This document shows, one piece after another, positions 18,473 to 27,651 of a DNA stretch of 64,000 nucleotides. Position numbers and translations under genes: made by a program. The stretch spans positions 7,829-71,828 of the forward strand of contig CAZJXF010000001.1 of the NCBI GenBank assembly GCA_964549995.1, given 5' to 3'. The DNA is from an uncultured Desulfatirhabdium sp. (GTDB taxonomy: Bacteria > Desulfobacterota > Desulfobacteria > Desulfobacterales > Desulfatirhabdiaceae). Positions within the stretch are counted from its first letter, which is position 1. Each line of letters opens with the position of its first letter. Under the pieces are notes generated by a model. It did no database searches and was not told the origin of the DNA. It saw only the letters and a program-made list of their open reading frames with translations.

Positions 18473-20158
18473 TCAGCCGATCTGCCTGCTGATTTTCTCG
18501 ACAATCACCTTGGTGATGAGATAGGTCGGCTTGATGCCCTCATCTCCCATGCTTCCGGAGGCGAGAGTCTGGCCGCTGATAAGCGGATTGTCCGAGGCAT
18601 AGTACGCATATCGCAGCTTGACATCCGGAGCGAGATACCCTCGGATGATGGCGCCGCTGATGGCTCGCTGGTAGTGCCCGCCTTCCATCTCGAGGCCGAT
18701 GGCCCGCCAGCTCGAGGCTTGGAAGCGCTCCAGCACATCCCGGTTCTGCAAGCTCGTTCCCAGCACCGTCACCATCGGTCCGACGAACACGTCGATTTCG
18801 CCTTCGAAATCCTCTTTTCGCAGTTCGTTCTGAACCAGGTAGTTGTGAGGGGTTCCTTCCATGACATGGGCTGTCGCCACCATGATGTCCCCCTTTTTCC
18901 CCGGAAGAATCCCGGCTTTTCCCATGATGGAAATGGACTTCACCGGTTGGCAGCCACACAAGGTCGAGAGCTGCTCCAGCAGCTCGTCCATCGCTTCGTA
19001 GGCCTGGGTGCCGAACGCGTAGTCGATCACGAGCAACACCGGCTCCTGGTTGCGAATGTTGTCCCGCTCGATATGGATGTCGGGATGAAAGGGTACATCG
19101 GCCAGTTTACCCATGTCGATGATCTGGCTGTCGATGAGCATCCCGGATGTATCGGGCAGATCGATGAAACCGTGCCGCCTTGCATAGTCGCGGACCAGCG
19201 CTCCTTTTTGCTTCAAACCGATCAAAAACCGGTACAGGTCTCCTTCGGGCTTTTCCGGCCCGCTTTCGCAAACGGCTGCATACCCGTACAGAAGGTTGAC
19301 GATACTGTGCATGTTGGCGCTGATGATGTGTATCGGCCGTTGGTGGAGCCGATTTTCCTTCAGTGCCCCGCAGATCGCCTGCGCCCAGTGCGGTCCGTAG
19401 GCATGGCGTCCGATCATGTCCTGCAACGATGGCGTAAAATACACGGCCAACTGCTTGTCTCGGTCCAGTTCTCCGGCTTCGACGCGCTTGCCTAGACCGT
19501 ATACGATCTGGAAAAGACCGTTGTTGGCCTGGTGGCTGGCCCGCATTTCCTCGAGATAATCGAACGTGCTTCGGGTTTCCTGGTAGGTCCTGCCAAGGAG
19601 AATACTCAAATTCCAGATGGCCTGATCCAACTCACGGCCCTTCAGCCCATCGACGTTCCGTACGGTCGCTTCGAGATCTTTCCAATTGACGCTGATCTCA
19701 CCGGATTCATCCCGCATCTGCGCGTGAATCTTGTGGGCTTCGATGTTCAGGAAAGTCAGATGGGTCAGTACGTCGTATACCTCGCTCAGACCGGTCGTGA
19801 TGACAAAGCACATCTGCTCTTCGCTCACCCGGTAGGAAATCCGCCTTCGCTTGACGGGGACGATCTTCTCGAAGCCCGTTTGATCGAATTCATCCTTTGC
19901 TGTCAGAACGACCCGGGTGCAGGATTCAATCCCCTTCGGCAGTCGGTCCAGCACATATTCAAGCCCTTTGAGCTCGATGCTGCGCGGATCGTTCATCGTT
20001 CCGTAGATTTCGGGGCTGAGAATCCGTAGCGCGTTTTCGAGCGTCTTCCCCGATCTACCGGAAGGGCGGTACATCCCCCGAAGGGCAAGGGCGTCTGCGA
20101 TCGTCTTGAAACTGCGGATGGCGATCCGGCTCTTTTGGCTTCGACTCAATTCATTCAA
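18473..20158 (-). CDS. 561-aa protein: unrecognised N-terminal ~370 aa + AMP-nucleosidase/PNP-UDP-like C-terminal domain
   Basis: TTG start with AGGAGG 7 nt upstream. C-terminus has IMGKAGILPGKKGDIMVATAHV, AIGLEMEGG (xEME motif) and YYASDNPL (compare VSDKPL of AMP nucleosidase, recalled from memory). Confidence 0.65.
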   Translation of the reverse strand: MNELSRSQKSRIAIRSFKTIADALALRGMYRPSGRSGKTLENALRILSPEIYGTMNDPRSIELKGLEYVLDRLPKGIESCTRVVLTAKDEFDQTGFEKIVPVKRRRISYRVSEEQMCFVITTGLSEVYDVLTHLTFLNIEAHKIHAQMRDESGEISVNWKDLEATVRNVDGLKGRELDQAIWNLSILLGRTYQETRSTFDYLEEMRASHQANNGLFQIVYGLGKRVEAGELDRDKQLAVYFTPSLQDMIGRHAYGPHWAQAICGALKENRLHQRPIHIISANMHSIVNLLYGYAAVCESGPEKPEGDLYRFLIGLKQKGALVRDYARRHGFIDLPDTSGMLIDSQIIDMGKLADVPFHPDIHIERDNIRNQEPVLLVIDYAFGTQAYEAMDELLEQLSTLCGCQPVKSISIMGKAGILPGKKGDIMVATAHVMEGTPHNYLVQNELRKEDFEGEIDVFVGPMVTVLGTSLQNRDVLERFQASSWRAIGLEMEGGHYQRAISGAIIRGYLAPDVKLRYAYYASDNPLISGQTLASGSMGDEGIKPTYLITKVIVEKISRQIG

Positions 20159-20205
20159 GTGATTCCCTCCTGATGATGGTATCTTTTCAGCGGAAGGGTG
20201 TTGCT

Positions 20206-20553
20206 TCAGACATCCAACTGACCAGGCGTGAGTCCAAGGGCCTTGGCGATTCTTCGTATATCGGCTTTTCGCAGCTTCGCCTGTGATGCTTCGATGGCAT
20301 CGACATCGTCTGGGGGAATGTTTAGACGAGAGGCCAGTTCTTCCTTCGATATGGATAGATATTCCCGCCAGGAGCGAACGATGGAAAGTCCTCTGCCGAC
20401 ATGCGCTTCGACGACTTCCTGAGGAATTCCATCCGAAAGGACTTCCTTTTTCGCTAACAGGCGTCGGAGTCGCTCGAATTCATCCCACGGAAGAAGGGCA
20501 AAGATCGGTTTGCCCCCATGGTGGATCACTTGGTAATCAATAGGTGTGCTCAT
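20206..20553 (-). CDS. XRE-family HTH protein with Phd/YefM-like N-terminus (antitoxin-like regulator)
   Basis: Track ORF to 20595. ATG 20553 gives MSTPIDYQVIHHGGKPIFALLPWDEFERL, then the HTH SWREYLSISKEELASRLNIPPDDVDAIE. No toxin partner ORF is adjacent. Confidence 0.7.
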   Translation of the reverse strand: MSTPIDYQVIHHGGKPIFALLPWDEFERLRRLLAKKEVLSDGIPQEVVEAHVGRGLSIVRSWREYLSISKEELASRLNIPPDDVDAIEASQAKLRKADIRRIAKALGLTPGQLDV

Positions 20554-20591
20554 TGCGTTTCCTTCCGGCTTTGATCTTTCAAGCAGCACCA

Positions 20592-21653
20592 TCACGTCTG
20601 AATCCTTTTGGCATCGTTGAGCACACCTACCATTGCCTTGAAAACCGATTCGACATCGATATCCCGCATGCAGACCGGGTCGACACAGCTTCGCCTGAAG
20701 CAGGGCGAGCAGGCAGTTCCAAGGCGGATGACGCGGTGTTGCTTTCCGTATGGGCCCGTCCGCCAGGGGGCCGTCGGCCCGAACAGGGCGACGACGGGGG
20801 TTTCGACGGCCGCAGCCAGATGCATCGGACCCGTATCCGTACTGATGACCCCATCCGCAGCCTCATAGAGGGCTGCCAGTGTCATCAAATCGGTTTTCCC
20901 ACTGACATCGAGTGCATGTTGGCTCATTTGGCTGCGGATGTCATCGATCACCTTCCGATCTTCCGTTGCGCCGGTGAAGACGACAGTGGCGCCAGCTTCT
21001 GCAATCAACCGGTCTGCAACGGCGGCAAACCCGCCGGTTGTCCAGAGCTTCGTCTCCCACTTGGCCACGGGATTGATGCAGACGATCGGGCCTGTATCGG
21101 AGAGCGGTTGCAGCAGTCGCTTGGCCAGACTTCGATGCTCGGTCGTGACAGGCAATCGATAGACGATTTCCTGCACGTTTCGAATGCCGAGGGGCTCGAG
21201 CATCAGGAGGTTGCGTTCGAGGGCATGCACTTCCATGCTGATCGGCGGAATCCGCTCGTTCAGGAACCAGTAGGAATGCTCCATGTGCTCCATGCCCCGG
21301 TCGAACCCGATCTTGCGTTTTCCTCGGCACAAGGTGATCCAGACGGCGCCCTTCAATAAGGCCTGAAAATCGAGAACCACATCGTAAACCGTATCCCGGA
21401 GCCTTGCAACAAAATCGACCGTCTCTGCCAAGACCGCCTTTCGTTGGCCGGCCCTCCAGTCTCGGATCCAGGATTTTCGTCTGCAAACCAGCACCCGATC
21501 GAGCGCTGGATGCCCTTGTACGAGGGCGGCTGCAGCCTCTTCCACAAGCCAGGTGATGTGAGCGTCCGTAAACGCCTGTCGAAGGGCGTTCAAGGCCGGA
21601 AGGGTGTGGAGCACATCGCCGATGGCGCTCAACTTGACCATCAGAATGTTCAT
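20592..21653 (-). CDS. glycosyltransferase family 9 (LPS heptosyltransferase-like)
   Basis: ATG 21653 gives MNILMVKLSAIGDVLHTLPAL, the GT9 N-terminal motif. A 4-nt ATGA overlap joins it to the upstream gene. Confidence 0.8.
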   Translation of the reverse strand: MNILMVKLSAIGDVLHTLPALNALRQAFTDAHITWLVEEAAAALVQGHPALDRVLVCRRKSWIRDWRAGQRKAVLAETVDFVARLRDTVYDVVLDFQALLKGAVWITLCRGKRKIGFDRGMEHMEHSYWFLNERIPPISMEVHALERNLLMLEPLGIRNVQEIVYRLPVTTEHRSLAKRLLQPLSDTGPIVCINPVAKWETKLWTTGGFAAVADRLIAEAGATVVFTGATEDRKVIDDIRSQMSQHALDVSGKTDLMTLAALYEAADGVISTDTGPMHLAAAVETPVVALFGPTAPWRTGPYGKQHRVIRLGTACSPCFRRSCVDPVCMRDIDVESVFKAMVGVLNDAKRIQT

Positions 21654-22699
21654 GACCGGCTCATGTCCAATACTTCCATCGATTCCTGCAGCACCTGATC
21701 CACGGAAACAGCCGTCATGCACCGGTGGTCTGTGGGACAATGGGGTTTCATACAAGGGCTGCAGTCGACCGGCACACGGATCAGGCGGGCCGTCTGGCTG
21801 ACGGGGGAGGTTTGATCATGACGGGTCGGACCGAAAATGGCCACAAGCGGCACATTCAGGGCCGCAGCCACGTGCATGAGTCCGGAGTCGTTCGTCACCA
21901 GAAGACGGCATGCTGCGATCAAGGCCATGGCCTGTCTGAGGTCGGTCTTTCCACACAGCGAATGGCATCGGGAGCCCACCGCCGAGGCGATCGCCTCTCC
22001 CAATGTCGTCTCGGATGGGCTTCCAAAAACGAGAATCCGATCGATTCCCGATCCCAGCATCCGCCGGGACAATTCGATCCAACGGTCTTCCGGCCATCGT
22101 TTTGCCGTTCCGAAGGCGGCTCCGGGATTGATACCGATGATCACCTCGGAAGAATTCGTTCCAAAAAGGGCGAGCTGTTCTTCGGCCCAGAGACGCTCGT
22201 CTGTCGAAAGAACCAGTCGGATCGATCGATCGGGTACCGGGATGCCGACACCTTCCAGAAGGGCCCGGTAATAGTCGAGCTGGTGGAGACTGCGAACGGC
22301 CTTCGTTCGATAGACTCTGTGGGTGAGCAGCAGGGACCGAGCGTCAGCCGCATACCCGATGCGAATGGGCACACGAGATAGCCACAGGAGAAGGGCGGCT
22401 TCAAAGGCGTTTTGAATCGATATGCCGACATCAAAGCGGAACTGCCGCAGTTCGCTGCACAGGCGGAGGATGCCGCGAGGACCGGCGTGTCGCCCCTCCC
22501 GGTCATAGACGAAAATCCGATCGATATCGGGAAGGTGTCGATAGAGATCCGCCACCCAGGGTTTGGCGAGCACCGTGATTTCGGCCCCCCGAAAATAGGC
22601 CCGCACGGCACGGATGGCCGGAAGGCTCATGACGACATCTCCCACCCAGTTGGCCGAACGGATCAGCACCTTGTCGGCAAGCGGAGAAACCGGTTTCAT
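21650..22699 (-). CDS. glycosyltransferase family 9 (LPS heptosyltransferase II-like)
   Basis: ATG 22699 gives MKPVSPLADKVLIRSANWVGDVVMSLPAIRAV. A 4-nt overlap joins it to the upstream gene. The long N-terminal extension in the track ORF is R/G-rich and implausible. Confidence 0.8.
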   Translation of the reverse strand: MKPVSPLADKVLIRSANWVGDVVMSLPAIRAVRAYFRGAEITVLAKPWVADLYRHLPDIDRIFVYDREGRHAGPRGILRLCSELRQFRFDVGISIQNAFEAALLLWLSRVPIRIGYAADARSLLLTHRVYRTKAVRSLHQLDYYRALLEGVGIPVPDRSIRLVLSTDERLWAEEQLALFGTNSSEVIIGINPGAAFGTAKRWPEDRWIELSRRMLGSGIDRILVFGSPSETTLGEAIASAVGSRCHSLCGKTDLRQAMALIAACRLLVTNDSGLMHVAAALNVPLVAIFGPTRHDQTSPVSQTARLIRVPVDCSPCMKPHCPTDHRCMTAVSVDQVLQESMEVLDMSRS

Positions 22700-23622
22700 G
22701 GTCCGTTGGTCCCCTCGTTTCCGGGAAGAAGGCAGGCATTGGCCGTTTTCCAGCGCTGATGCACCCAGAACCACTGATCCGGGTACCGGCGGATCATGTC
22801 TTCGATGGCCCGAGTGAACAGTGCCGTATTCGTCTCGATGTCGCTGGTCTTGTCCCGGCTGATGGAGATGGGAAGCTCCGGCTGAAAACACACCTTCCAC
22901 TTGTGGTTTCCGTCCGGAAGCAGAAATACCGGGACGACGGGAGCACCGGTTTTTCGGGCGATGACGGCCATTCCCTTGTTGGTGCAGGCGGGCTTTCCGA
23001 AGAAGTCCACCCACACGCCTTCATACCAGTCAACATTTTGGTCCATGAGCATGGCCACAATCCGACCCTTCGAAAGCGCCCGGAGGATGAGCCGCATGGC
23101 CCCACGGGAAGAGGGAATGAGTTCCGCACCGAAACGGGTGCGAAGCCTTGCGATGACCCGGTCGAGGGGCGCAAAGTCGAGCGGTCGGTACACGATGGAT
23201 ACCGGAAGATCGGCAAGGGCTGCAGCCGCAGGAAGCAGTTCCCATGTGCCGAAGTGCGCCGTCAAGGCCAACACCCCCCGGCCGCTGCTGAGAGCGGACC
23301 GGATGTTCTCGATGCCTTCGACCCGGAATCTCGTTTCCAATTCCTTCCGGTTTAACCGAAGGTAGCGACCCATATCGAAAAACATCCGCATCAGTCGAGC
23401 CATCACCCTTCGGGCCAGACGGTGCCGCTCCGACAGATTCATGGTTTCCGAAAAGGCGGTGGCAAGATTTTCCAAAACGATGTGTCGATGCTTGCCGTCG
23501 AGCGCATACCACAGCAGCCCCCAAATGCGGCTTTTCAGATCGGCAAGACCGTCGGGTATCCTTCCCATTAGCCGGAGGATGTGCTCGATTGCCCGTTCAC
23601 AGATCCTGTCGAAATGTTTCAT
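22696..23622 (-). CDS. lipid A biosynthesis (Kdo2-lipid IVA) acyltransferase, LpxL/HtrB family
   Basis: LALTAHFGTWELLP (HxxxxE acyltransferase motif), 308 aa, inside an LPS operon. Confidence 0.8.
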   Translation of the reverse strand: MKHFDRICERAIEHILRLMGRIPDGLADLKSRIWGLLWYALDGKHRHIVLENLATAFSETMNLSERHRLARRVMARLMRMFFDMGRYLRLNRKELETRFRVEGIENIRSALSSGRGVLALTAHFGTWELLPAAAALADLPVSIVYRPLDFAPLDRVIARLRTRFGAELIPSSRGAMRLILRALSKGRIVAMLMDQNVDWYEGVWVDFFGKPACTNKGMAVIARKTGAPVVPVFLLPDGNHKWKVCFQPELPISISRDKTSDIETNTALFTRAIEDMIRRYPDQWFWVHQRWKTANACLLPGNEGTNGP

Positions 23623-24379
23623 CCGAAATGCCCTTTTCCCACGCCTTGGCGTGCTTCAGAAAAACGTACCATGCGGAATTCATGGCGATGATGAGCCCTG
23701 CCGTTCCGTCGAGAAACCCAAGCTTGTAGATGTAGCACTCGAACCATTTGACGATGGCATGCAGCACCCCCAACCAGACGTGTCCGCCGCTTCGTCTCCC
23801 GGTTTGATCGGCATGAACGGTGGAAAAGCGATCGATGGTGGCCAGCTGATCCGAAATGTTGCGGTATACGAGATGATGCAGGGGATGACGCAGGGGGTTC
23901 ACCCGCCCCTCCACAACGAGGGTTTCATGCAGCCCGTCCCCCACCCAGCGGCCTTTCCCGGATCGCACCAGACGGATTTTCCGGTCCGGATACCATCCTC
24001 CGTGTCGGATCCACCGTCCGAAGTATCGGGAAAGGCGGGGCATGGAAAACCCGTTTACGTCTTCTCCTGCACAGGAAAGGGTTTCGACGATTTCCCGGGC
24101 CAGTTCCGGCGAAACCCGCTCGTCCGCATCGAGGCTGAGAACCCATTGCGAGGTGCAGGCCTCGAGGGCGATCTGTTTTTGAGCGGCGTATCCCATCCAT
24201 GGATGCTCGATGAGCCGAGCGCCCAATTGACGGCAAAGGGCCTGGGTACCGTCCACACTTCCCGAATCGACCACCAGAATTTCGTCGGCGAAGCGGCAGC
24301 TTTCGATCAGACCGGCGATGCGGTCGGCCTCGTTGCAGGCGATGACGGCGATGCCGAGGGTGGGCATGGTCGGAGTCAC
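23597..24379 (-). CDS. glycosyltransferase family 2
   Basis: GIAVIACNEADRIAGLIESCRFADEILVVDSGSVDGT and LSLDADERV (DxD). The start could instead be ATG 24367. Confidence 0.8.
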   Translation of the reverse strand: MTPTMPTLGIAVIACNEADRIAGLIESCRFADEILVVDSGSVDGTQALCRQLGARLIEHPWMGYAAQKQIALEACTSQWVLSLDADERVSPELAREIVETLSCAGEDVNGFSMPRLSRYFGRWIRHGGWYPDRKIRLVRSGKGRWVGDGLHETLVVEGRVNPLRHPLHHLVYRNISDQLATIDRFSTVHADQTGRRSGGHVWLGVLHAIVKWFECYIYKLGFLDGTAGLIIAMNSAWYVFLKHAKAWEKGISDETFRQDL

Positions 24380-25689
24380 AGGGGAAAGGTTTCCTTCGGC
24401 GGATTGAAATACCCATACCGCAACAACGGAAAGGCCTGTCTTACGTCATCCAAAAGACGTTCCATTCCGATCGGAGTGCCCAGCGCTTCGACCTCCTGCA
24501 TGACCTTCAGGTATCGCAACGGATCGAAATTGAGGTTGCGCCATTGAATCATATGGATGGGGTGGTGTTTAAGAAAGTGCATGAATGCCTGGACTTCCTC
24601 CGGGGAGTCCGTGAAACCCGGTAGATTCAAATAGTTCACGGCGACGTGGATACCCCGTTCGAGCGCCAGATCGATGCTGCGGACGACATCCGTCCAACCG
24701 TAGCCTTTGGGCCGGAAATAGGTTTCGTAGCATCTCGGGCGAAAACTGTTGAGGCTGACCCGCATGCTGTCGAGGCCAGCATCGATCAATCGGGAGAGCA
24801 CATCCGGCAGTCCCGCGTTTGAATTCAGATGGATCGTTCCGGCGGAAGTTCGGGATCGAATCAACCGAATGGCCGGTTCGATGACATCGGCAGCCAGAAG
24901 CGGATCTCCCTCGCAGCCCTGACCAAAACTGACGATGGCTTTCTGCACCCGATCGATGTGAAAACAGGCCACATCGGCGATTTCGACAGGCGTCGGCTTG
25001 AACCGGATACGGTTCTGGCTGTGGGGGATGTCGCTGTCTTTCTGAAGCGAAAGGCACCCCAGACATCGGGCATTGCAGGAAGGAGACGTCGGCAAAGGGG
25101 CTTCATAGCGTCCGAGGAAAAAATTCTTTCCGGCGGGGCATCCATATACCAGCGCGCAATGCTCGAGGTGCTCCCGAAGACGGTTGTTCGGCAAGCGTTT
25201 TCGAAGCATCCGGACGCCTTTGCGGACGTCGGCCGGTTTCATTTGCCGCAGGTCCTGTCGTGGTTCCGTATCCACGCAAATGGCGGCACTGCGAAACTTT
25301 CCGCGGTGCAACCCCACGGCCCCATAGGAAAACAACGGCAGTGCCGGTGCATCCGCTTCGGAGCGGTGAGCGCAGGTGTAACGAAGAACGTATCCAGGCG
25401 AATTGAACACCGATACGGGGAAGATTCGCATGGAAGGATCGTTCGGGTGAACCGAAAGCGCCTCGAGCTGTCGGGATTTCAGGTTGTAGAAGACCGGAAT
25501 CCTGCCCGGAAGAAGCATCCGTTCGCTGCCGTAGGGCATGGGAACGGTTTCGGAAGAGGTCAACGGGACAAGGCGTTCTGCTGCCATGCCGACGGCTGCA
25601 TACCCTTCGATATCGAAGATGTTCCCGGATGCATCGGCTGCAAGAGCCCTCAGAAAAGTTCCGGATGCGGACCGGTCGTTGTTCATCAT
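24376..25689 (-). CDS. radical SAM protein with ~200-aa unrecognised N-terminal region
   Basis: CNARCLGC (CX3CX2C) at about residue 205. Its stop overlaps the GT2 start by 4 nt. Confidence 0.75.
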   Translation of the reverse strand: MMNNDRSASGTFLRALAADASGNIFDIEGYAAVGMAAERLVPLTSSETVPMPYGSERMLLPGRIPVFYNLKSRQLEALSVHPNDPSMRIFPVSVFNSPGYVLRYTCAHRSEADAPALPLFSYGAVGLHRGKFRSAAICVDTEPRQDLRQMKPADVRKGVRMLRKRLPNNRLREHLEHCALVYGCPAGKNFFLGRYEAPLPTSPSCNARCLGCLSLQKDSDIPHSQNRIRFKPTPVEIADVACFHIDRVQKAIVSFGQGCEGDPLLAADVIEPAIRLIRSRTSAGTIHLNSNAGLPDVLSRLIDAGLDSMRVSLNSFRPRCYETYFRPKGYGWTDVVRSIDLALERGIHVAVNYLNLPGFTDSPEEVQAFMHFLKHHPIHMIQWRNLNFDPLRYLKVMQEVEALGTPIGMERLLDDVRQAFPLLRYGYFNPPKETFPL

Positions 25690-25822
25690 CTGTTCCGTTA
25701 GATTGTCGCGAAGGGAATAGACGTTGAAAATCAGAAATCAGAAGCGATGTCGCCAATGTCCGATGATGATGAACTCGCAAGTTGCATCGGTAGGTTCCAA
25801 CGAAAATCGCTTCATTAAAATC

Positions 25823-26136
25823 GATGGGCTCGCAAAAAGTCAGTGAGCCTCCAACGAGCCGCATGGGGGCGTGTACACCTTTTTCGCTGCATCGGAAAAA
25901 CTCAGCCGCCCGATCTCGTAAGGGCCGGGCATGGTGCCAGACGCTCCAGGAGAGAGCATCTCATTGAAATGGCAAGCTTTTCAAACACAAGCCGAAGCGT
26001 TTTGCATGCCCGGCCCAACGATCTCCGGCGGCTTCAAACACGTTTCCGCTGCAGCATCAACAGGCGTACCCGCCCCCATGCTCAGGCCCGGACCTACCCG
26101 AAAAAGAGGGGTAGATCGACTTTTTGCGAAGCTGTC
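25823..26136 (+). mobile_element. MITE-A copy (both TIRs present)
   Basis: GATGGGCTCGCAAAAAGTC ... GACTTTTTGCGAAGCTGTC. The long internal arms are mutually complementary (CTCAGCCGCCCGATCTCGTAAGGGCCGGGCATG / CATGCCCGGCCCAACGATCTCCGGCGGCTTCAA). Confidence 0.85.
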
Positions 26137-26338
26137 AAACTTCCTTTCGAGCGACCAACTTGGCGAAATGCTCAAAGGATCGATCGTAGGTGGCCTCCGC
26201 CTGTTTCGGAAAACAGCATCCGGGAAGCTGACGGCTTCGGAGGTGATAGGCCAGGCATTCGCAGCAGATCCCCTTGCGCTCGCAGGGATCGTAGGAGCAA
26301 TTGCATCGGCTGAGATTCTTGTCTTTTTTACATTCCAT
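26135..26338 (-). CDS. small Cys-rich protein (DUF6485-like, from memory)
   Basis: MECKKDKNLSRCNCSYDPCERKGICCECLAYHLRSRQLPGCCFP. It overlaps the upstream HD gene by 11 nt. Confidence 0.6.
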   Translation of the reverse strand: MECKKDKNLSRCNCSYDPCERKGICCECLAYHLRSRQLPGCCFPKQAEATYDRSFEHFAKLVARKEV

Positions 26339-27086
26339 GGTATTCCTTTTGAAGCATCTGATAAATCACTTCCCCGATCGCCAAACCGATGTCGATGAAT
26401 TCCGGACCAAAACGCTTTCCGGTTTCCGTTCGAAACGTGGTCTTGATCCTCACGAGAAATTCCATTCCGGAAGGATACCGCTTCAAGAATTCGGAAAAGG
26501 GGGGATGGAGGTGGTCCAGCATGTCCCACAGGGTGTCTTCGAAATTGTCCGGACCCCAGCGGAATTTGTCGGCATCATAGAGGCAGTCGGAAACGAGCCT
26601 TCCTTCCACCGTATCGATCAAGCCGGGTTTCTGAAAGGCCTCGTGGTTGCGGATCGCTCGGCTGACGGTTTCGATGGCCTCGGGCATGAATCCAAAGGCT
26701 TGCATCACCTGTTCGGCATATTGGGACCCGGCGATTGCGTGGTGGCGTTCTTTTCGCTTGATGTCATGAAGCAGCCCGGCAATCTGGGCATTGCGAAGAA
26801 TGGTGGTGATGTCCGACGGATGAACCGCCTGACTTCTGGATTCGACCATGGCCAACGTACCTGCATCGATCGCAACCTTCCAAGCGTGCACGAACCCGTG
26901 GCCAAAATCGTTGTCCAATTGTCGGGTAACGAAATCCAGAACGAGACGGACCGCAGGATCGGTGTTCAGAAATTGCCGAGAATGCCTCCATTCACCGGCG
27001 TGAACCCTATAAAAGGAAGGGATGGGCGAGTCGGCAACGATCCGACGCGCCCGCTTCTGGATATCCCGATAGATGGAAGACGACAC
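26328..27086 (-). CDS. HD-domain protein
   Basis: GHGFVHAWKV ... AGLLHDIKRKE ... CLYDADKF. Confidence 0.75.
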   Translation of the reverse strand: MSSSIYRDIQKRARRIVADSPIPSFYRVHAGEWRHSRQFLNTDPAVRLVLDFVTRQLDNDFGHGFVHAWKVAIDAGTLAMVESRSQAVHPSDITTILRNAQIAGLLHDIKRKERHHAIAGSQYAEQVMQAFGFMPEAIETVSRAIRNHEAFQKPGLIDTVEGRLVSDCLYDADKFRWGPDNFEDTLWDMLDHLHPPFSEFLKRYPSGMEFLVRIKTTFRTETGKRFGPEFIDIGLAIGEVIYQMLQKEYHGM

Positions 27087-27095
27087 AAGAAGGGT

Positions 27096-27590
27096 TCATC
27101 CAATGTCTGCGATATCGAAAAAGCCGTTGCAGACTTTCCATTTTCCACCCTCGAAGACCACATCGACCGTTCGATCCAAATGGAAGGTGTTCCCCAAAAA
27201 GAAAATCTTCCCGACATAGGCAAAGACCGGGTTGATACCCCGTTTCATTTCCGCAGTGATGTGAACCGTGGCTTTCTTGTCGTCGGCCTGAAGGGTTTCC
27301 GTGCGGATGTCATACAGGGTTTTCTTCAGAAAGGAGGGCTCGAACCCGCGTTCTCGTGCCTGACGTTCGGCTTCTTGAAGGTAAGCCGCAACGGGGCTTT
27401 CTTCTGAATCCCCTGCAATCTTGTCGCACACCAGGGTTCCCATACGCGGATCGAGTTGAAAATAGCATTTGGCAAACGCCGTTACGGCCCGGTGGGGGGC
27501 GTCCTTCGTGTCTGCAAACACAAAAACAACCTGCAGCAGAATGGTGAGCATGATGAGCAGGGTGATGGTGGAACTGTTCTCACGTGTCAT
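27096..27590 (-). CDS. membrane-anchored hypothetical protein
   Basis: ATG 27590 (GGAGG 7 nt upstream) gives MTRENSSTITLLIMLTILLQVVFVFA as an N-terminal anchor. No recognised motif. Confidence 0.55.
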   Translation of the reverse strand: MTRENSSTITLLIMLTILLQVVFVFADTKDAPHRAVTAFAKCYFQLDPRMGTLVCDKIAGDSEESPVAAYLQEAERQARERGFEPSFLKKTLYDIRTETLQADDKKATVHITAEMKRGINPVFAYVGKIFFLGNTFHLDRTVDVVFEGGKWKVCNGFFDIADIG

Positions 27591-27651
27591 GACGATACCT
27601 CCGGTCAATGCGTTCAACGGTCAAAGGGGAAGATGGCCTGGAGTGGAATTA

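Noticed and set aside
17219-19495. 758-aa ORF antisense to the Fe-S and nucleosidase-like genes. Similar long antisense ORFs lie at 12230-13942, 23441-24547, 26301-27407, 31711-32859, 39542-41176, 49898-51064, 53800-54855 and 60410-61594.
   Set aside because: Each one mirrors a motif-bearing gene on the opposite strand, spans gene boundaries, and has no RBS or recognisable domains.
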